12,376 bases of DNA from assembly GCA_045046875.1 (NCBI GenBank), contig JASFYY010000060.1, positions 1 through 12,376 of the forward strand, written 5' to 3'. A model generated the notes under the pieces. That model searched no databases and had not been told where the DNA came from. It saw only the letters and a program-made list of their open reading frames with translations. Positions 8,078 through 12,376 of the stretch are shown piece after piece. This DNA is from Verrucomicrobiota bacterium. GTDB lineage: Bacteria; Verrucomicrobiota; Verrucomicrobiia; Verrucomicrobiales; DEV007. Every line of letters starts with the position of its first letter. The first letter of the stretch is position 1. The position numbers were made by a program, and so were the translations under genes.

Positions 8078-9400
8078 TCACCGGTCTTCGGTCAATTCGC
8101 GATAGAGATTTGGCCTGCGCTCGCCCCAGTTACGATTTTCAAAATCAGAGCCAATCCAAGACTTGTGTTTGAAATTAAGATCAATCTCAGTGATCGCCAT
8201 CCCGGTCGACGGATTGACTTCAGCCACGATCTCTCCGTCGGGACGAATAATCACTCCCCAGGCTCCCTTGTTCTGGCAGACGATATACCAGACATGATTA
8301 TCCATCGCCCGCACTTGCATGATTTGCAGCCATTTATCAAAGGCCTTCTCCCCCACCGCACGCGGATCCCCCATGATTGGCAGAAACAAAACCCCGGCCC
8401 CTTTCTGTGAAAGAATGCGGTGCCCTTCTGGGTGCACATTATCATAGCAGATCAGCATACCCGACTTGCCGTAGTGGGTATCCCACACCGGGAATTGATT
8501 GCCAGGAGTTTTGCCCTCCCAACGTTCTCCAACCGCAAGATGCACCTTGCGGTATTTTCCCGTGATCCCTTTTTTGGAATCAATGTAAATACCCGTGTTA
8601 TAAATCAGACCCTTGTCATCGATCTCGTCCATTGAAAACACAATGTCGATATTGTTTCCCTTTGCGACTTTGCAAAGCAGGTCGGTTTCCGGCCCAGGAA
8701 TAGGTCGAGCGGTTTCTTCGATGGAAGCCTTGCTGCGGTAGTTGGTGATCGTCTCCGGCAAGCATACCACTCCAGCTCCTGCCTTGGCAGCGTTTTTGAT
8801 CAAACCTATGCCAAAAGAAAGATTGTCCTCCACACTGGTGCCGGGAAATTTCCCAGTCGCGATCGCAACTTTGATTTTTCTCTCCTGGGGAGGATCGGTG
8901 ATTTTCAGCGAAGGAGACTTCCAGACCAGCTCACCCCGATCAGTCCAGCGCAACATCAAACGAACACTCGCACGCACCGCGCCCTCGGGCGCTTGAGCCT
9001 GCAGGTGATATTTCAAAGCCCCTTCACCCGGTGTAAAACGCACATGCTGCCATCCAGCGCGTTTGCCATCCGCCTTCCACCAGAACAATTCGGCATGAGC
9101 ATTGTCATGCACACTGGGCAAATCGCTGACCTGACATTCTATCTCAAACTGATACCACTTGCCTGCCTGAACCTCGTCCCACTGCAATTCCCAGCCGCCG
9201 TGATGACTGGCTTTGTCATTAGCATTAATATGCCACGCTTTTTCCTTCTCGTCGTAACGGGTCGCCGGCATCAAGGCTGGCCTCGCAGACCAGGCTTCCC
9301 ATTGATCAGGAGCCGATTCAGCGAGAAGGCTAAATGGTGAAATCCATAGCAAAATCGACAAAATCAAAACTGCAGTGGAGTAAAAAAAACCTGTTCTCAT
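8078..9400 (-). CDS. Secreted carbon-nitrogen hydrolase (nitrilase superfamily) with an N-terminal carbohydrate-binding-like beta-sandwich domain
   Basis: Signal peptide MRTGFFYSTAVLILSILLWISPFSLLA. Glu-Lys-Cys triad in VCLPE, YRKVHL and ICYD, plus YNT, RAMDN and IIRPDG. The Trp-rich N-terminal domain (VQAGKWYQFEIEC...APEGAVRASVRL) is CBM4/9-like by inference. Confidence 0.88.
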   Translation of the reverse strand: MRTGFFYSTAVLILSILLWISPFSLLAESAPDQWEAWSARPALMPATRYDEKEKAWHINANDKASHHGGWELQWDEVQAGKWYQFEIECQVSDLPSVHDNAHAELFWWKADGKRAGWQHVRFTPGEGALKYHLQAQAPEGAVRASVRLMLRWTDRGELVWKSPSLKITDPPQERKIKVAIATGKFPGTSVEDNLSFGIGLIKNAAKAGAGVVCLPETITNYRSKASIEETARPIPGPETDLLCKVAKGNNIDIVFSMDEIDDKGLIYNTGIYIDSKKGITGKYRKVHLAVGERWEGKTPGNQFPVWDTHYGKSGMLICYDNVHPEGHRILSQKGAGVLFLPIMGDPRAVGEKAFDKWLQIMQVRAMDNHVWYIVCQNKGAWGVIIRPDGEIVAEVNPSTGMAITEIDLNFKHKSWIGSDFENRNWGERRPNLYRELTEDR

Positions 9401-9515
9401 AATAACATTTTTCCAGTCATATTATAAAGCAAATGATGTTAAGGGTAAAAACTGCACGCTGCATACCGACATCCTATCAGATGTAAGGAAACCTATGTAG
9501 TCAAACCCATCGTTG

Positions 9516-10910
9516 TTACTCTTTCATTTCTCCATCCAAATAGGCCGACACCGCGTCGATAAGATCCTGCGCCGCAGATGGAGCAAATGGACTCACCCCG
9601 GCTTCATACCCTCCTTGTTTGTATTCTGATTCAGTAAGCATATAACCAAGCCAGCCATTGGTGTATCCGAAATACAAGGTATGTGCAAACGGAGACCGGT
9701 CTCTGATCTCGTTTGAAATTTCACAAAACAGTTCGAGCGGAGCGCTCCAAATGGCTGTGTCTCCATTGATTTTCATAAACCGAACAGGCATGTTAACAAT
9801 CGGTCTTCCTTCGTCGGTAGTGACAACATAGTGTGAAAGACTCTTGGGCCAATGCAAGCCCTCCTTACCCGGCAACTCCACCACAAGCTCTTTCATTTGC
9901 AGGGAAACATTTTCAGACAAATGGCTCATTGCCCGGCTTGCTTTGATAATTTTGTCCCCCAGCAAAACTCGAAATTGACTGAGGTGAGCTTTATCCGGAT
10001 TTGGATACACACTGTAAATAGGTGCGAGGTTCCCCGCCGCACCATTTATGAATAAAAGCGTGGCCCCAGTGGTATCTTCCACGTAGTTCGCCACAACCCC
10101 ACTCACATCACCACTAATCAGTTTATTAGCCCCGCCTAATACCGTCCCGTGTATGGCGTAGTTTGCTACCACAGCCAAGGCCTCTCCATTTTTACGGTCA
10201 ATGCGGATAATTCCAATCCTTCGGTCAACAGGGCCGTCAGGGTTCATTCCTAATCGGACTTTTCCGTCCACGTCCCGCGCCCGTCGATTGATGTTCGCCT
10301 GCGAGTACCCCCACCCCACCCCCAGCTTCGCCGGCTCGAGTTTTTTCTGTGCTTCAAGCACACCTTCGATGAGGCTTTTTTTAACAAGAGCAGTGTAAGC
10401 AGGGTCATCTCCTTTTTCGTAACGAGCTCCATGGAACGCTTCAGCCATCCCTCCTGGGCCCACTTGAGGAGCTGAGTGCGTATGCGTGACCGACCACCAG
10501 ACCTGTACAGGATCAATTCCATGCTCCCTCTGCAGAACGCTTGTGACTGATTCATACACCGAGGGAGAAAAAAGACAAAAATCCGAGGATATAATGAAAG
10601 CTTGATTCTCACCGTCGTGCATTGCCAAAATGCGATGATAGATTCGATCATGCACGCCGGTCGATACCCGCGGCCCATAACCAATCAATTTTTGAGGTGT
10701 TTGAGGCGTTACATCGACCTTCACCACCGCAGCTTTAAACCCCTTACCTTCACCATAGGAGGGCGTTAGAAATAAAAACATACAGCTGACAACAGCCACT
10801 CTCTGTTTGCGTAGAGCTATTTCAGCTAAAATGTGACGATTAACAATATCCAGAAATGAAAATCCCTGCCGACTTTTCCATTCCCTATCACGCACCCACG
10901 ATATAATCAT
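9516..10910 (-). CDS. Neutral/alkaline non-lysosomal ceramidase family protein (metal-dependent amidohydrolase-like)
   Basis: Motifs VDVTP...LIGYG.R, VHDRIYHR, THTHSAP, INRR, NYAIHGT, FINGAAGNLAP, PLELFCE, GYTNGWLGY and GGYE. The start codon is uncertain and may lie downstream of 10910. Confidence 0.82.
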   Translation of the reverse strand: MIISWVRDREWKSRQGFSFLDIVNRHILAEIALRKQRVAVVSCMFLFLTPSYGEGKGFKAAVVKVDVTPQTPQKLIGYGPRVSTGVHDRIYHRILAMHDGENQAFIISSDFCLFSPSVYESVTSVLQREHGIDPVQVWWSVTHTHSAPQVGPGGMAEAFHGARYEKGDDPAYTALVKKSLIEGVLEAQKKLEPAKLGVGWGYSQANINRRARDVDGKVRLGMNPDGPVDRRIGIIRIDRKNGEALAVVANYAIHGTVLGGANKLISGDVSGVVANYVEDTTGATLLFINGAAGNLAPIYSVYPNPDKAHLSQFRVLLGDKIIKASRAMSHLSENVSLQMKELVVELPGKEGLHWPKSLSHYVVTTDEGRPIVNMPVRFMKINGDTAIWSAPLELFCEISNEIRDRSPFAHTLYFGYTNGWLGYMLTESEYKQGGYEAGVSPFAPSAAQDLIDAVSAYLDGEMKE

Positions 10911-10924
10911 AATATTAAAAATAA

Positions 10925-10958
10925 CTATTTATCTAAACTACTGAATCTAGCCGTCAAT
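10925..10958 (-). promoter_or_regulatory. Weak candidate sigma70-type promoter upstream of the ceramidase-like gene
   Basis: The minus strand has TTGACG followed after 16 nt by TAGATA in an AT-rich intergenic gap. The -10 match is poor. Confidence 0.22.
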
Positions 10959-11003
10959 TATGTGCCCGCTTTTTTCCCGCTTAATCAACTTTGAACTACC
11001 ATG

Positions 11004-12376
11004 TTATTTACCCACATACTCCGGATTCAATTTCGGAAGTTTGGCATTCATTTTTTTTAAACTTTTCATCAAAGCCGCTTCCAACTCTTTGGTCTTGCTT
11101 GGCATTTTCCCCGCAAGATTATTGCTCTCGCTCAAGTCTGCTTTCAGATCGAACAATTCATTCTGCCCGTCCCAGAATTTGATCAACTTGTAGTCACCTT
11201 TGCGAATGATGCTGTAGGGTCCGGGAGCATGGCGGTAATGTGGGTAGTGCCATAACAATTCATCCCGCCCGAGCTCTGCTTTACCGCCGGACTTGAGATG
11301 TGAGACCAAAGACAGCCCGTCGATCTCATGCTTTTCAGACAACTCAACATCCGCCGCTTCCATGATAGTCGGAAAAATATCAATAGAACAAACCGGCGTA
11401 TCCGACAGCGTTCCCGCAGCAACCACACCTGGCCAACGAACAATGAAAGGCACCCGGATGCCGCCTTCGTAGGCGTATCCTTTGCCACTGCGCAGAGGTG
11501 CGTTTTCGGTGGGGTTACCCTTGCGGTCAAGCCCTCCGTTGTCGGATGTAAAAATAATCACCGTGCGATCAGCAATTCCATTTTCTTCCAATGCCTGGAG
11601 AATTTTCCCAGTTGAATCATCCACCGATTCCACCATCGCCGCGTATTTGGCATTCTCCACGGTTCTGTCCGCACGTTTGTATTTAGCGGCAACTTCTTCA
11701 AGCGCTTGAATCGGGGTGTGCACCGCATAGTGCGCCATGTGTATAAAAAAGGGTTTATCCTTCCATTTTCGAATCAACTCAACCGCCTCTTCACCTTCAC
11801 GATGAGTGAGAAACTGACCTGGCTTACGCCCCGGTAATCCAGGGATACCCGCCCGTACCATTTCATTCTTATTTTTTGGCTGATTGAAAGGGTCAAAATA
11901 TGAAGGCGGCTGACCGTAGTCACAGCCACCTTTATTCACGTCATAACCTTGCCCCGGCGGGTACCAAGCTTCGTCTCCCAAATGCCATTTGCCAATGTGC
12001 GCGCTTTTATAACCCGCCGATTTGAGAGCTTCTGCGATAGTGGTTTCATCATGCTCCAACCAATAGGGATTGGGCGGACAGAGAAATTTTTTATTCTTAT
12101 CGCCAACATAATCCACCGGATTTTTGTCCGGCGTGCCGATACCTCCCCTTTGAAAACGAGCGCGGATCCAATCCGTCACCCCCGTTCGCCCCGGATAACG
12201 ACCGGTTTGCACAGCGGCGCGTGTCGGCGAACAAACCGCACATGCGGCATAAGCATTGGTGAAACGCATGCCTTCAGTTGCCAGGCGATCCACATTCGGG
12301 GTTTGGTAAAAATCACTGCCTTGGCAGGAAAGATCCATCCAACCCATATCGTCCACCAGGATGACAATGAAGTTCA
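11004..12376 (-). CDS. Cys-type formylglycine-dependent sulfatase (S1, arylsulfatase A-like), 5'-truncated by the window edge
   Basis: The frame stays open to the window end (NFIVILVDDMGW). Signature CSPTRAAVQTG (CxPxR), plus GKWHLG, HYAVHTP, FTSDNGG and KGYAYEGGIRVP. Confidence 0.96.
   Translation of the reverse strand, partial: NFIVILVDDMGWMDLSCQGSDFYQTPNVDRLATEGMRFTNAYAACAVCSPTRAAVQTGRYPGRTGVTDWIRARFQRGGIGTPDKNPVDYVGDKNKKFLCPPNPYWLEHDETTIAEALKSAGYKSAHIGKWHLGDEAWYPPGQGYDVNKGGCDYGQPPSYFDPFNQPKNKNEMVRAGIPGLPGRKPGQFLTHREGEEAVELIRKWKDKPFFIHMAHYAVHTPIQALEEVAAKYKRADRTVENAKYAAMVESVDDSTGKILQALEENGIADRTVIIFTSDNGGLDRKGNPTENAPLRSGKGYAYEGGIRVPFIVRWPGVVAAGTLSDTPVCSIDIFPTIMEAADVELSEKHEIDGLSLVSHLKSGGKAELGRDELLWHYPHYRHAPGPYSIIRKGDYKLIKFWDGQNELFDLKADLSESNNLAGKMPSKTKELEAALMKSLKKMNAKLPKLNPEYVGK

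Noticed and set aside
9382..9389. A8 tract (T8 on the coding strand) in the nitrilase signal peptide
   Set aside because: It is explained by Phe-Phe codons in an AT-rich gene start, and the frame is intact.
9401..9515. Small inverted repeats (TAACAT/ATGTTA and ACATC/GATGT) as a terminator, operator or ncRNA
   Set aside because: The stems are only 5-6 bp in AT-rich DNA with no U-tract, which is expected by chance.

Overview
Bacterial window, probably from the PVC superphylum (Verrucomicrobiota/Planctomycetota-like); this is inferred from the gene families present. The + strand carries the 3' end of serS and a short-form tilS. Between them is an AT-rich ~507-bp cassette bounded by ~30-bp inverted repeats built from 10-bp tandem units and flanked by a 4-bp TCTA direct repeat. 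It holds one small two-TM membrane-protein gene that seems to continue in the -1 frame after an A8 run. The - strand carries a co-oriented cluster, in transcription order: Cys-type sulfatase (5'-truncated), neutral-ceramidase-family hydrolase, secreted nitrilase-family C-N hydrolase, planctomycete-type cytochrome c/DUF1549/DUF1553 protein with an apparently circularly permuted discoidin domain, Tat-exported DUF1501 protein, ECF sigma factor, and FecR-LamG anti-sigma. No rRNA, tRNA, CRISPR array or transposase was seen. All family calls rest on motif recognition, not database searches.
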